A DNA stretch of 58,162 nucleotides, filler included, from Jimgerdemannia flammicorona (taxonomy: Eukaryota): the NCBI GenBank assembly GCA_003990765.1. It is 3 parts of 3 records of this genome, joined end to end, with 100 filler letters (N's around TTAATTAATTAA, not from the genome) between each part and the next. Parts side by side here need not be neighbours in the genome. Positions count along the whole stretch, not along the records: positions 1 to 19,322 come from RBNJ01001969.1; 2 more parts are not named here. One strand, written 5' to 3'. The position numbers and the translations under genes were made by a program. Positions 1 through 13,260 of this stretch are shown here, in pieces; within the stretch, counting starts at the first letter, position 1, and each line of letters begins with the position of its first letter. A model generated the notes under the pieces. It did no database searches. It was not told the origin of the DNA and was given only the letters and a program-made list of their open reading frames with translations.

Positions 1-402
1 CCGCGCTCGCCAGGAAGCTCGCCAAAGCCAGAGGGCCCCACCACAGGCACCGAGGACCTGCAGGTAACCTACACTGAGCACTTGATGCCCAAGGTCGGCC
101 GACTCCCTACGTAGCCCGAGACACACCAAGACAGCACCTTGTTGACGACGGCAAAAGGAAGAAGGCGCCGCACCAAAACGGATGCACTCCAGACGCAGCC
201 GAAGACACCAGAAACCGCGAAAAAGTGGAGAAGACACCGATCCGACACCGATAAAGGGGCAACTCATCACCATTGCCCTCCTCCCACCATGCCCATGCAG
301 GCACAGCAAACCAACCTGAGGTAGAGGGGGTAATAATAGGGGAAAGGGGACTCGGAAGGTCGCCTACCAAACCTTGTAACCAGTAAGGTAGCAGAGAAAG
401 GG
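1..402 (-). mobile_element. 5' part of a ~1.2-kb poly(A)-tailed non-autonomous retroposon (copy A, cut by window edge)
   Basis: Reverse complement matches 47262-47665 and 25751-26150, including the shared 5' end CCTTTCTC(C/T)GCTACCTTAC. This is the most CpG-intact copy. Confidence 0.85.
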
Positions 403-1148
403 TCGTCTGTTCCAGAAGTTACTTGTAAACATAGTATCTCAGTTAGATACAATGGTACTAGACATACTATATAGTCTGAATACTTGATTGAAAAAGATCT
501 TGGCAATCTCAGAAGCTATAGCAGTAGTCTTAGTAGATATAAAATAGGCTTATTTACTCAGACAGTCTATAAATACTACAATGGCATCCCATTCTGTCTT
601 AGTCTTGGGGAGCTGGATAATAAAGTCTATTGTAATCTGATTCTAGTTATAACTAGAGATAGGTAGAGATTGCAGAAGTCCTATAGATAGCTTGTTTCTA
701 CTTTTGAATCTTTGGTATATTTTGTATGAAATTATAAAATCTTTGATATTCTTAATTATTCTTGATCAGTAGAACTCTCTTGAGAGGAGATTGTAGGTTT
801 TTTTGAAACCAAAGTATCCTATAGCAGAAGTGTCATAGAGTTCCTATATTATCTTGAGCTATAGAGTGTTATTATTGGGTATTACTACTCTGTCATAGTT
901 CCTAGAGATGAGTCCATCATGATATATAAATCTCTTGAACATTCTTTTCATAGCTTCTGGAACTTTAGTCTCTGGGTCTTGATAAAATTAAAGGAATTTT
1001 ACCAGAGAGCTGTCTTTTTGATAATTATCCTTGATGATCTGAGGAGAGCTCCAATTACTTCAACAATGAAGACAAGTTTATCTTCTATATATCTGAAGAA
1101 ACCATCTGCCACTTAGTGGTTTTGTCTAGGATATACTTGATTTCTATA
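403..1148 (-). pseudogene. Degenerate Ty3/Gypsy integrase fragment
   Basis: Collinear with ~5310-6047 of the full-length gypsy element (e.g. tccagaagttacttgt, agtagaactctcttgagagga), with many C>T/G>A changes. Confidence 0.8.
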
Positions 1149-2170
1149 AGTTACCATCTTTCTCTACTAATATTCACATCATATAAACTTCAAAACATAC
1201 TTTTGAATCATTTATTGGAGAAAGCTACTAAGGACATATCAATACTTAAGTAAGTCAATATATATACTAGGTAAGGTAGACCTGGGGCCTTTGACTGACA
1301 ATATATTAGAAGAGAGTATAGATTGGGGATAGGGTCTTTTGGTGGTCTGAGTGAACAGGGCAGTATGAGTAGTAGTAATAGTACTGGTAGAGGAGCAGGA
1401 GGACAGAGGGGGAGAAGTTTTATAGATATGCTGAAGACTGGGAAATAGCCTGCTGGGTCTTATAGTAAGCAAGCAGGGGAGAAGGAGAAGTAAAGAGAAG
1501 TGGAAGCAGAGAGTGTGGTATCTTAACTGGTGAATAGAAGGGCTAGTAGAGCTGTTGCTGGGGGTAGAGGAGGGACTGCTGATAGGAGTGTAACTATAGA
1601 TCTGGAAAAAAATCCAGATGTGATAGTTGATAGAGGGGCTGAGCCATCAGGTCCAAAGCAGAAGAGAGACCTGGCTGATAGTATAATGGGGCTGGCAGTG
1701 GCACTATTACTTAAGAAGTCAATCTCAGAGTTTGCTATAACCTTGTATTTCTGAGGCTTAACAGTGACAACAAGGATAGTTCTGAGACTTATTTCTAAGC
1801 AGGTGGCTGGAGCTATCTTAGTGAGATTCCTGAAGGGGCTGGAGGGGATTGAAGTGGGATTTGAGAAGGTGGGCCCACTGGAGAAAGCATTGAAGACAGG
1901 AGTGGCTGTAGGGGAGGTGGTGGTCCCTATGGTATAGTGCTTAAGGTAGAACCCTAGGGTAGTTTAGCTTTTGGTAAAGAGGGTACCTATAGTGATGACA
2001 GCTGAGACCAGAAGGAGGGTGGAGGAGGTGATGGTAGAGTATGGCAACATAGTTGATATTGGATTTCAGATATAAGAAGAGACTACTCTCAGAACTAGAG
2101 ATGTAGATATCAGGATCCAGCTAGCTGAGAAAGAGGCTACTGGGAAGCTAAGTGACTGGCCTTCAGCTAT

Positions 2171-2971
2171 TGTAATAACTCTCACTTCTACCCCTCTCTT
2201 ATCCTTTGGATAATTAGGGAAGTGGACTATTACTTAGAGACTTAGTATACAATATATACCAAGAAGCCTTCAGTTTGAGGAAGTGCTCACTTGTAAGTAG
2301 TTGTAGCAGCAGTGCCTTCTGTTTCAAAGGTCTTTCTCTGGTTTGCCTTCTGTTTCAAAGGTCTTTCTCTTGTGCCCTATTTTGAGGGTCTTGTTCTTTA
2401 CTGTACACAGACTAAATTTGCCTTGGAATTTAGGTTCAATGAGTTTACTTAAGTCTTTGGGAATTTATATACCAGTCTCAGTTCTGGCAGAAGTTAGCTA
2501 GGCTTCTGGAGTTTAGTCAGAAACACTAGAGTCACTTAGGTATCATTACTAAGACTCAGGGGAATGTATGTGTAGAGGGGGGACTTGATTCTTATATCAA
2601 GGACTGAACTAAAACTGTTTTATTTCGGATAGAAACTGGGGGGTATTTATACAAGTTGGTCCATGATTTCTGACTAAATATGAGTGACTAATTTGGTAAC
2701 TATAATGAGGTTTGTGATCACAACCTTTGTCAGGTGGTTTGTTGGCAAAAATATCTTTGTGATTAGGACTTCAATTACTAGGCAATGATCAGCAACTATG
2801 GTAACTATTGCTGTAGTACCAATTGTTGGGGATAAGCTGGATATTGTTTTCCACATCATTTTGCATCATTTGTCATTTGTAATATCATATGCTGCGCTTC
2901 GTTTGTATGATGATGTCATCACCAACAGGTCATGTGATCACTCATTATTCATCATGCCTCATTCTATTACA
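2171..2971 (-). repeat. 3' LTR of the chromovirus
   Basis: Direct repeat of 10494-11294; TG…CA ends; TATAAATACCCCC on the minus strand near 2645. Confidence 0.95.
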
Positions 2972-2984
2972 TCCTTTCCTTCTT
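2972..2984 (-). promoter_or_regulatory. Polypurine tract (PPT)
   Basis: AAGAAGGAAAGGA on the minus strand, abutting the 3' LTR. Confidence 0.85.
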
Positions 2985-3884
2985 AGAAATCAATGTCCTT
3001 ATTGATTGAGAAATTGAGAACCAGGGGAGAGAAAGGTGGGGAATCCTCCTTAGGGTTGTTGGCATCTTCATCAGTAACAGGTAGGGTAGTGGTTGCTGAT
3101 AGCTTGCTGTCCAGAATAGAGAAGTCAATGAGGTCTACAAATGGTTCTTGCATGGGAATGGGTGCTAGTGTAGGGATTCTCCATCTGATACAGTTGGGGT
3201 CATCTAAGTAGGGTTCTTGGTCCTCATGCCTAGGAATATCCTTTTGGATGGGTGGTCCTTCAAAGAGGTCAGAGAGGCCTTGGAGCCATTGGTCAGGGTT
3301 GTCATTCAGGAGGGGGCTCCAGTAGAGTTTGTAGTCAATGGACTTGAGGGTGATCCAGGAGTTGGCTTCTTGGGCAACCTTGATTTCTAGGGCATTAACC
3401 TCAGAGAAGGAGAGGTTCTAGAAGTCCTTCAGTTGTATGTAGTTGAGGTTGGAGATTGTAAAGGGTGCATGGCACATGATTTGATGAATCTTCTTAGTAA
3501 GTCTTTGCTCATGCCTATCCAGTCAGAGACCTGGTCAGTGGGTAGGCCATTTGTATATTGGAGAAGCTGATGACTGATTTCATATTCATACCAGATTTCT
3601 AGGCAGCTGGTGGCAAGGTAGGCCCTTTCAATAAGTTCACGATGGTCAAGGACATACTGTCCTAAGTCTGGACTGGAGAGGTTAAGGGCCTCTGAGTGGC
3701 AGTTCCTTCCTTGGATAGCAATCTGAATGTGTCCAAAGAGACAGTCAACCTGGCTTGGGAGGGGCTGGCTATGGCAGGCAGTCTGGTGGTGGGTAGCAGA
3801 TATTCTTGTCTCGTCTTTTCTTTGTGAGAAGAGGGGGATGAGAGTTGCAAGATATTCTTGCCTTGGGTATTTATACTTATTCAC
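2983..3884 (-). pseudogene. Additional sense ORF (~300 codons, unknown function) between pol and the PPT
   Basis: 151-aa ORF MNKYKYPRQEY… continues after one frameshift and one TAG into FSEVNALEIKVAQEANSWITLKSIDYKLYW…NKDIDF*, whose stop codon overlaps the PPT. Confidence 0.6.
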
Positions 3885-4447
3885 CCATCAGGTGTGACCT
3901 TTCTTTGGTCATACTTTCTGATAAAATATATGACCTATTGTTGTAAGCAGGGCATGTGCTGGTCACATGAGAAAATCCTGAATTCAAAGATCTTGTCACT
4001 CATAGTTATGGTTACACAGGGTTAACAGGTCTTGGTCCACTTTTTTTTTTGTCTGGTTGGTATATTTGCAAGAACTGGCCATCCTTGTCTAGGGCGAGGG
4101 CTCCCATTATCATGGCTGGGGGTTCGAACCTCTCAGAAATAGACTTTCTTGTAATCTGAGGCAATTCCTAGTAACAATATCTGTCATGTGGATGGACTTA
4201 GACTGGTTTCGACATTGTTGGCTTTCCTAAGTTTCACATGAAGCATCTGTTATTATCTAGCAGAGATGATACAGATAGCATGAAATGGGATTATTCAAAT
4301 GTGTTTTGCTGTACTATACTAGATTATTCTTTTGCTTGGATATCTTCTTGTTGGTTATCCATAGTGTTCCTTTTTCTGCAATGTTCAGTATTATATGTTT
4401 CTGGATAAAATATATAGTATCTTTCTGCTCACTATGTGCTCTAATAC

Positions 4448-7400
4448 TTAGAGCTGTAGTTCCTTCCTTTGCTGGAGAGTGAGTGTTTCCATGTAGTTCT
4501 GGAGGGCTTCATGTGCATTCTTCAGGGCTTCTTCTTTTTCCCAGGTGGCATCATGGGTGGGGTAACCCTTCAACTTGATCAGGAAAAACCGCTTGACTGT
4601 TTTGGGATATTTGTAGACCTTGTGGTCAAGTACTTCCTCAATTTCGAATTCCTCATGATTATTGATCCTAATTGGGGGTGGTGGTGGAACTGTATACTTG
4701 GGGAATAGGTTCTCATAGTAGTCCACCAATTGGCTGATATGGAATACTGGGTGTACTTGGATATTGTGAGAAAGTTGCAACTTGTAGTTGACTTCACTGA
4801 TTTTTTCCATGATCTTGTATAGTCCAATTCTTCTAGTATAGAGTTTCTTGACTAGTTGTTGTGCCAGGGTGTCTGGGTAGAGGTAGTCTGTTGTAAGCAT
4901 AACTATGTCACCAATATTGTAGGAGGCTTTTCTTCACTTCAAGTTCGTGTACTTGGTCTGGTAGTCTTGTGTCTCTATGAGGGCATCTCTTGTCATTCGG
5001 GTAAGGTCAGAAATGGTCTTGGCCAGATCTTGGGCTGCTGGGACTGCTGATTTCACAGTAGTACTCAGGGTCCTTGGGTGTTGACTGTGGTTTAGGAAAA
5101 ATGGAGTCTTCTTTGTAGAGATTTACTAACTGTTGTTGTAGGCAAACTCGGTATGGGCTAGGTACTTGTCCCAATCATTTTGCTTGTAACAGCAGAAGAT
5201 GCTAAGCATCTGTTTGAGAGTCCTGTTGGTTCACTCAGTTTGACTGTCAGTCTGAGGGTGGTAGGCAGTAGAGAACTTCAGCTTGGTTCCATGGAGGGAG
5301 AAAAATGCCTTCCAGAAGTTACTTGTGAACTTGGCATCTCAGTCAGATACAATAGTGCTAGGCATGCCATGTAGCCTGAATACTTGATTGAGGAAAATCT
5401 CAGCAATCTCTGGTGCTGTAGTGGTGGTCTTGGTGGGTGCAAAATGGGCTTATTTACTTAGGTAGTTCACAAATACCACAATGGTATCCCATCCTACCTT
5501 GGTCTTGGGGAGTTGGACAATGAAGTTCATTGCAATCTGGTCCCAGTTGTAACTCGAGATAGACAAGGGTTGCAGGAGTCCTGCTGGTAGCTTGTTACCA
5601 CTTTTGAACCTTTGATACATCTCGCATAAGACCACAAAGTCTTTGATGTCCTTGGTCATCTTTGGCCAGTAGAACTCTCTTGAGAGGAGGTTGTAGGTCT
5701 TTTTGAAACTAAAGTGTCCTGCTGCAGGAGTATTATGGAGTTCCTGCATGATCTTGAGTTGCAGAGTATTATTATTAGGTACAACCACTCTGTCATGGTC
5801 CCTGTAAATAAGTCCATCATGATAAGTGAATCTCTTGGACATTTGTCTCATGGGTTCTGGGACCTCGGCCTCTGAGTCTTGGCAGAATTGAAGGAAATTC
5901 ATCAGGGGGCTGTCTTGCTGGTAGCCATCCTTGATCATCTGAGTGAGGTCTCCAATTACTTCGATCATGAAGACAAGTTCATCTTCCATATCTAGAGAAA
6001 CCATCAGCCACATGGTTGGTTTTGCCTGAGATATACTTGATTTCCATATCAAAGTTAGCAATGATTTCTATCCAGTGGGCTTGTCTGTAGGTCAGCATGG
6101 GCTATATATAAATATACTGCTATATATGGTGATCAGTATAGGCCACAAATAGCTGTCCTAGGAAGAAATAGTGCCATTCCTGAAGTGCAGTGACAATAGC
6201 CAAGAGTTCCTTCTCATGGGTAGTATACCTGATCTCAGCTGGCTTGAGCTTTTGAAAAAGATAGGCTACTGGGCAGTCTTCTTGGCTGAGTACTGCCCCA
6301 ATAGCAATGTCAGAGGCATCTGTAATCAGGGTGAATGGTCTGGTAGGGTTAGGTGCAATTAGCACTGGGGCCTCAGTAAGGAGTCTCTTGAGGTAGTCTA
6401 TAGCCAGGGTGTATTCAGGGGTCTATTCAGCTTTGGTGTTCACTCCTTTGTTGGCCAGGCTGGTTAATGGAGCTGCAATAATAGAGTATTCTTGGATAAA
6501 CCTTCAGTAGTAACTGGCAATACCCAGAAAGTGCTGGAGTAGCTTGAGGGTAGTAGAGATAGAGATATCCTTAAGGGCTGATACCTTTCGGGGGTCCACA
6601 TTGATGCCTTCAGCGGAGATGATGTGTCCTAAGTACTCGATCTGGTCTTGATAGAACTTACCCTTACTCATCTTGGCATAGAGCTGGTGTTCTCACAGAA
6701 GGGTCAGTACCTATCTGAGATGGGTGTAGTGTAGCTCTACTGTCTCACTGTAGATTAGTATATCATCAATATACACAAAGACACAGATGTTGAGGAGTGG
6801 TCCAAAGATATCATTCATCAGATACTGGAATGTTACTGGTGCATTAGTCAATCCAAAAGGCATGACTCGGAACTAGTAGTGTCTAAACTGTATTTGGAAA
6901 GCTGTCTTCTCAATGTCCTTCTCATCAATGAGAATCTGGTGGTAGCTATTTCACAAATCCAGTAGAGAAAAGGTCTTGGCCTTGAAGATTTGGTATAGCA
7001 ACTCATCAATCCTAGGTAAGGCATACCAGTTCTTGATAGTGATCTTGTTGAGGGCTCTGTAGTCAATACACATTCGCAGAGAGCCATCCTTCTTCTTGAC
7101 AAATAGAATGGGGGCTCCAAATGGAGAGCAGCTGGGTTTAATGTATCCTTGGGCCAGTAGTTTGGTCAATTCATCCTTGAGGGTCTTGAGCTCAGGTTGG
7201 GCCAGTTGGTAGATACTCTTGTATGGGGGTTCAGATCCTGGAATAAGATCAATTCCATGTTGGATTTGGTGCTTGGGTGGAAGTCCTTAGGGGTCTTGAA
7301 ATATATCTTGGAATTCTTCAAATAGTTCTTGAGCTTCTGTTGGAATTGGGCTACTTGTAGCTTCAGTGACTTCTTGTACTATATAGATGAAGTAGGTGTT

Positions 7401-7860
7401 TCCCTTTTTTCAAGAGAGTCTCTTCATTTGAATGGCAGAGATGATTTCAATTCCTTGGTGGTTGGTATCTTCCTGGGGTGTCAGGGTGATTTTTCTGCCT
7501 TCGTGGGTCAGGTTAACCTTGTTGGTTCTCCAGTTGATGTCTGGGTTGTACTGGGTCAACTAGGCTTTTCCTAAGATAATATCTTGTCCTGGGAGGTCTA
7601 TAATACTGAAGTCCAACTTCTCTTGATATTTGCAAATCTTGAGCAAAAGATCTTCACAGATCTTGGTCAATGGTACAGTTTTTCTATCGCCAAAGATAAC
7701 ACTTCTTTTCTCAGTAGCTGATCTGCTTCAGGCTCCAATCCTCTTAGCAGTTTTGGTGCTGATGTAGTTTCCAATAGCACTACTATCAAGCAAGTCATTG
7801 ACATTCTGTCTGTGGACTTGGCCTGTAAACTTGATGCAACTGTCCTCCTTCTTGATAGTA
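4448..7860 (-). pseudogene. Gypsy pol: aspartic protease, RT, RNase H, integrase, chromodomain
   Basis: LLDSSA…DIILG (PR); [27 protein letters not shown] and VYIDDILI (RT); TDASDIAIGAVLSQ…YTTHEKELLAIV (RH); HNTPAAGHF…YWPKM (IN); HPVFHISQL, then EFEIEEVLDH…FLIKLKGYPTHDATWE (chromodomain). Confidence 0.93.
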
Positions 7861-8155
7861 TTGAGCTCTTTATCTTCATTGTTGTCCCAATTGTTGTCAG
7901 TCTCCTCAAAGTCAGTTTCTCCCCATCCTTCACAAGGAGGGTTGTCTTGTTTGGGTTCCTCAGTCTGTTGAGCTTGGCATTTCTCAGATTGAATCTTGAA
8001 AACTTTGGAGAGGCATACATGGCATTCACCAACATGTTCCATGCAGTATATTCAAATAGAATGAGGGGACTGTCCATATGGTGCATAACCATCTGCAATT
8101 CTCTTATACTAGTTTTCATCATCTTCCTTCATGGTAGTGATCTTTTGACTGGGAG

Positions 8156-8578
8156 GTTTGTTGGTAGATCCAAACCCTTTCTTGCCACAGTCTGTCTGGG
8201 AGAGTTCGGGGACTTCTTCAATGGTGAGATCTTGATGGATTTCTTTGACAATTGCTTGGGCAATCCTTTGGTCTGTTTTGACTTCAAATGATGTATCTCC
8301 AAAATTTCACAAGATGATATGGATTTTGCCAGTAAATTCTTGGTCAACTACTCCTCCTCCTAGTCTAATGTTGAACTCTTTAGCTAGGCTGCTTCACTCA
8401 GCAAGGCAGATGTATGTTCCTTTGGAAGCTTGCATTGCAATTCCTGTTCACACTGTAGCATTGATACTTGGTAGAATAGTGAGGTCTTGGCTACTGTAGA
8501 GGTCATATCCAGCATCGGTTGAGTGGGCCTTAGTGGGGATGGTAGCCTTGTACCATATCTTCTGTACTTTGATGACAT
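8156..8578 (-). pseudogene. dUTPase domain between the Gag zinc knuckle and the protease
   Basis: IPTKAHSTDAGYDLYS…TGIAMQ…*SSLA…GGVVDQEFTGKIHIIL…DQRIAQAI…TDCGKKGFGSTN matches the five trimeric dUTPase motifs. Confidence 0.9.
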
Positions 8579-8649
8579 TCTTGGGGTTCTTCTTTCCTAG
8601 ACCTTCTCCAATAATAGTAATGTTTTGGTTATGGGGTTCGTCTGTTCTG

Positions 8650-10440
8650 TTCATCTTCTCAGAGTATCTGAATGAGATGTATCCTGTCTTCTTGCAGATG
8701 AAGCACAATCCTTTTTCATAAAGCTGCTTCTTCTCATCCTCAGTAGGAGGTCTGGGTCCTCTGGGATTTTGCTGGTTCCTTTGATCATTCCATTGATCAT
8801 ATCTTTGATCATTCCTTTGATTATTTCTCCTGGTAGGATTTCTCCTATCTTGGTTATCCTTCTTATATTCTTGTTTTCGTGGAGCTTGTGCAGTAAGGAT
8901 TTTGCAGGCTCTTCTTTGTACTTGGGCAAAGTACTATGAGTAGTGGGGGCATCCTTGGGGAAGACCTTGTTCCTTGATCTTCTGGGTGAGCCAGTCTGGT
9001 AGGGCTGCAAAAAGGTGGTTGGCTCTGGTAACATTGATGGCCAAATTGTTCTCCTGGTAGATAAGTCCAACAGTTTTGAGATAGGTATCTATTCTGGTGG
9101 CAAAGGTCTCTAGATCTTCTTTACCATTCTTATGGAACTTCATTTGAGATAGTTTGTTCCAAGTTTCTTGTATGTAGGCTGTATTCTGGAATTTGGTTGG
9201 TAGCAAGGCCTTGAGTCCTGGGCCTGCTTTATAGTCATCCCAACCTGGTCTATTATTAGTAGATACTTGTCTATTGACTTAGGGGTGGGCTTCCCAGGTT
9301 ACTGGGTGTTGTTCCAAGGTTCACCAGAATTCGACTGCTGTTCCAGTGAAGAATGTGGCTACTGTTTCCACTTGAACTGCTGATGTGGCAAACAGCTGTT
9401 GAAGAGTGCTGTTCTGATTGTTGGTGAGCATTCCTATAAGTACTCAGTTGTCATTCCATTGGTTTGCTCAGTAGCCTGTATCAACTACATTAATGAAGTT
9501 TTTGATGTCACTGTTTTTTCCACTGAATGTTGGGATTCGCAAGGTCTTGGTTGATTTGTTCTGTTCAGCAATCTGTCCTACTATCCCTGTTAGTACTGCT
9601 AGCTGGGTGGTCAGTGCTGCAATGTTGACATCTACTATTGTGTTGACTATTGGTGGTGGGCCCATTAGGGTAGATTCTCCTGAAGATTGTCTGCTTGGTG
9701 GGGTTGTGGTGCTGTATAACTTGGGGTTACTTGATTCTCAGATATTAAGTCAAAGAGTCCTATGAGAGAGGGTAAACCAAACCTCTGTATAGGTGGCTGT
9801 GTTGGTTCTGGGGTCTGATCTTCTTGACCTGTGGTTCCTTGGTAAATTTCTAGGCCTGCAATTCCTTGTTGGCTATCATCAGACAGGTAACCTGTAGAGT
9901 CTTCATCTGACTCCCTTTCCTGATGAGATAGTGTATCCTCATACTGGCTAGGTCCTTCAAAGAGGATATCAGTCTCTGGCTGAGTAGATGGACCTGCTTG
10001 CTCGTTCTCATACCTAGTTATGGTAGAGATGTAGTATACAACTAGCCTGTAGTAGAGGGAGGTCTTGGTGGGGTATGATGATATCTGTCAGAGGCAATCC
10101 ACTTGGCAGCTGCTTCTCTTGCAGCAGGGGGTGTGATATAATCTAGAAAATCCTGAGTGGCTACAGCAGTAGATTCTGGAGTCCTAGTGGTTCCAATGTG
10201 TCCTCAGAGGAGTTCATAGAACCTATGGCAGCTGACAATATTCCTAAGTCCTGGGTGGTATGTCCTAAAGGCCTAGTATAGATCCTTGTAAGCCTGGTCA
10301 ATTACAAGCTGATGGGTCCTTAGGTCTGTGGTTTCCTGGTACCACCTGGTCCTAATAGCAAGGGCTTCTCTAACTCTAGTTTGAGGATCCACAGTTGGTT
10401 CTGAGGATTACTCCTGTCCAAGGTTGGTCTTGTTCCAACT
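8650..10440 (-). pseudogene. Gypsy gag with degenerate CCHC knuckle (5' extent approximate)
   Basis: LRIPTFSGKNSDIKNFI…, capsid-like ETFATRIDTYL, and GLCFICKKTGYISFRY (decayed CX2CX4HX4C). Confidence 0.75.
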
Positions 10441-10476
10441 TCAGGAGTATGTTCTTTGGTGCCTTCTTGGCTGGTA

Positions 10477-10490
10477 ATCCACTGCTACCA
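10477..10490 (-). promoter_or_regulatory. Primer-binding site, probably for initiator tRNA-Met
   Basis: TGGTAGCAGTGGAT lies 3 nt inside the 5' LTR and resembles the complement of eukaryotic tRNAiMet 3' ends. Confidence 0.7.
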
Positions 10491-10493
10491 AGT

Positions 10494-11294
10494 TGTAATA
10501 ACTCTCACTTCTACCCCTCTCTTATCCTTTGGATAATTAGGGAAGTGGACTATTACTTAGAGACTTAGTATACAATGTGTACCAAGAAGCCTTCAGTTTG
10601 AGGAAGCACTCACTTGTAAGTAGTTGTAGTGGCAGTGCCTTCTGTTTCAAAGATCTTTCTCTGGTTTGTCTTCTGTTTCAAAGGTCTTTCTCTTGTGCCC
10701 TATTTCAAGGGTCTTGTTCTTTGCTGTGCACAGACTGAATTTGCCTTGGAATTCAGGTTTAATGGGTTTACTTAAGTCTTTGGAGATTTATATACTAGTC
10801 TCAGTTCTGGCAGAAGTTAACTAGGCTTTTGGAGTTTAGTCAGAAATACTAGAGTCACTTAGGTGTCATTACTAAGACTCAGGGGAATGTGTGTGTGGAG
10901 GGGAGACTTGATTCTTATATCAAGGACTGAACTCAAACTGCTTTATTTCGAATGGAAACTGGGGGGTATTTATACAAGTTGGTCTGTGATTTCTGACTAA
11001 GTATGAGTGACTAATTTGGTAACTATAATGAGGTTTGTAATCATGACCTTTGTCAGATAGTTTGTTGGCAAAAACATCTTTGTGATCAGGATCTCAATTA
11101 CTAGGCAATGATCAGCAGCTGTAGCAACTATTACTGTGGTGCCAATTGTTGGAGATAAGCTGGATATCATTTTCTATATCATTTCACATCATTTGTCATT
11201 CATAATATCATATGCCACACTGCGTTCATATGATGACATCATCACCACCAGATCACATGATCACTTGTCATTCATCATGTCTCATTCTATTACA
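10494..11294 (-). repeat. 5' LTR of the chromovirus
   Basis: Direct repeat of 2171-2971; differences are mostly transitions. Confidence 0.95.
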
Positions 11295-13260
11295 GCTATG
11301 TTGTGTAGAGCCTTTATCTATAAGGTGTCAAGAGTAAAGAGGAGAGAGGAGGAGGAGGAGGATTTGCTGGAGATATTAGAGGAGTAGAGTGGAGCAGTAG
11401 AGAGAAGAGTGAAGGTCTGGAAGATATATGTAGACATGACATACTTGAAGATTGTTGAAGGGAAGTATATCTGAGTTGACAAGAAAATGTGTGAGAGGTC
11501 CCAAGGTCATAAGTTGCAGAGAGAGCTGCTGGCAAAGCTAGAGAGAGAGAAGAAGATGTCTGCTAGTAGTAGTGAGAATACTGGGGGTACTAAGGCTAGT
11601 ATCTGGGCTGGCAGAAATGGTGAGGTAGAAGAGGTGGGTCAAGAGGAGGCCAGGAAGGTGACTAGCAGAGACCTGTATAGAGATGGTATATTTGAAGTCT
11701 GAGAGAAAGACTGGGAGGATTCCTCTACCCCTCTTGTTAGGCAGAGATCTATAGTGAGGAGATAAGAAACAGGAGACATGCCAATATATGGGGCCCAGTG
11801 AGTATGATTTGGAGTTTCTGAAGTAGAGAAGGGGGGACAGGTGGTAGCTATAGATGAGAAGGAATTGGTAGATGAAGGGTGGGATGAGACTATGAGTATA
11901 GAGACTAATATGATAATGCTGGATAGGGGACAACCAGTAATATCTGGGGGAAAGAAGGTGGAGAACTTACTTTGGATATACCAGATGATAAATAACTTAG
12001 CAGCTGAGGAGTTGGGGGAAGTAAACCTGAGGGTGATGAGTGATGAGCAATGGACAAGAGTTCTGCATAGTGATGAGATGATAGAGGCATTGAAGGCAGA
12101 GATACTTGTAGTTTTCTTGGAGGAGAAAGGAAATGAGATTGATAAGGAGAGGAAGGCTAAGCTGATATAGTGGCAGATGAGTAAGCAGTCTACTATTAGA
12201 CAGAGCATTATGATCTACAGCTCTGGCAGGATGTATGCTAGGAGTATCATGAGGATTTTGAGGAAAAGAGGAGGGGAAACTGAATGAGCTTCTGGGGGGA
12301 TTGGAGGCAAGGAGAGTTGAGGAGAAGGAGCAGGCTGCAGAATATTTCTTAGACTTAGTGAAGGTGGAGCAGTAGAGAGAGTATAGGGATTATCTTCATA
12401 ATATTATTCCTAATGAACAGTACAACCAATATTCTCTCTCTTAATGTGAATAGGCTATGGAGTTCTGGGTAGTATAAAAACATTTTCACCTGGCTTATAG
12501 GATTAGAGGCTGATCTCTTTCTGCTGCAGAATATATGCTGTGAGGGTGATGCAGATTAAGTGAGTGGACTAGGGAATGGGGAGATACTGCAGTTTGAATT
12601 AGCAAAGTGGTGATTTTGGTACAGAAGGGTAAAAGAGATCTAGGGGAAATCAGGAACTAGAGAGACTATTTGATATGAGAGAAATAGCTTCAACCTGGGT
12701 AGAAGCCAGTAAGAGTTGAATCTTACTACTGCCTGGCAGACAGAGGTGAGCAGATTGTATAGATTAAGGGGCTTTTAGAGGAGAGCACTTTTTTGGCAGA
12801 TGGGGTGGATATTCTGAGTGGTGATTTTAATATGGTGTATACTCCTCAGCTAGATAGAACTGATGGAGAGAGGAGTGCTGGTAGGAGAAGTGGTGGTTTG
12901 GATGTATAAGAGGAGGTGGGGAACCTTAGCTCTCTAGAGAATATGGGCAGAATGAAGTGGAGAGAAAAGAAGATCTACACACACTAAGTGAATGGCTTAG
13001 AAACAAGGATTGACTGGATCCTGACAGCCAAATGCTGGGGTATGGATATTTGGAGGTCTCTGAAGATGGAGTGGTGCCCATAGTCAGACCACTGGGGTCT
13101 ATTAGAGCAGGGGTAGTTTGAAGAGAGTGGAGATGGACCCAGACATTGGTGCCTTAACTCCTCTCTACTGGCTGAAAAGGTATTGTGGGATCCTTAGGTA
13201 GAGGATATCTAGAGAAAGATTGCGAGTTGGAAACAGGAGAGCTCACTAGTAGGTATTCAG

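Larger units (their letters stand above)
2171..11294 (-). mobile_element. Full-length (pseudogenised) chromoviral Ty3/Gypsy LTR retrotransposon: gag-ZnK-dUTPase-PR-RT-RH-IN-chromodomain plus an extra 3' ORF
   Basis: Two 801-bp LTRs with TGTAATA…TATTACA termini, 5-bp TSD GCTAT (2166-2170 and 11295-11299), PBS, PPT and pol domains in gypsy order. Confidence 0.95.
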
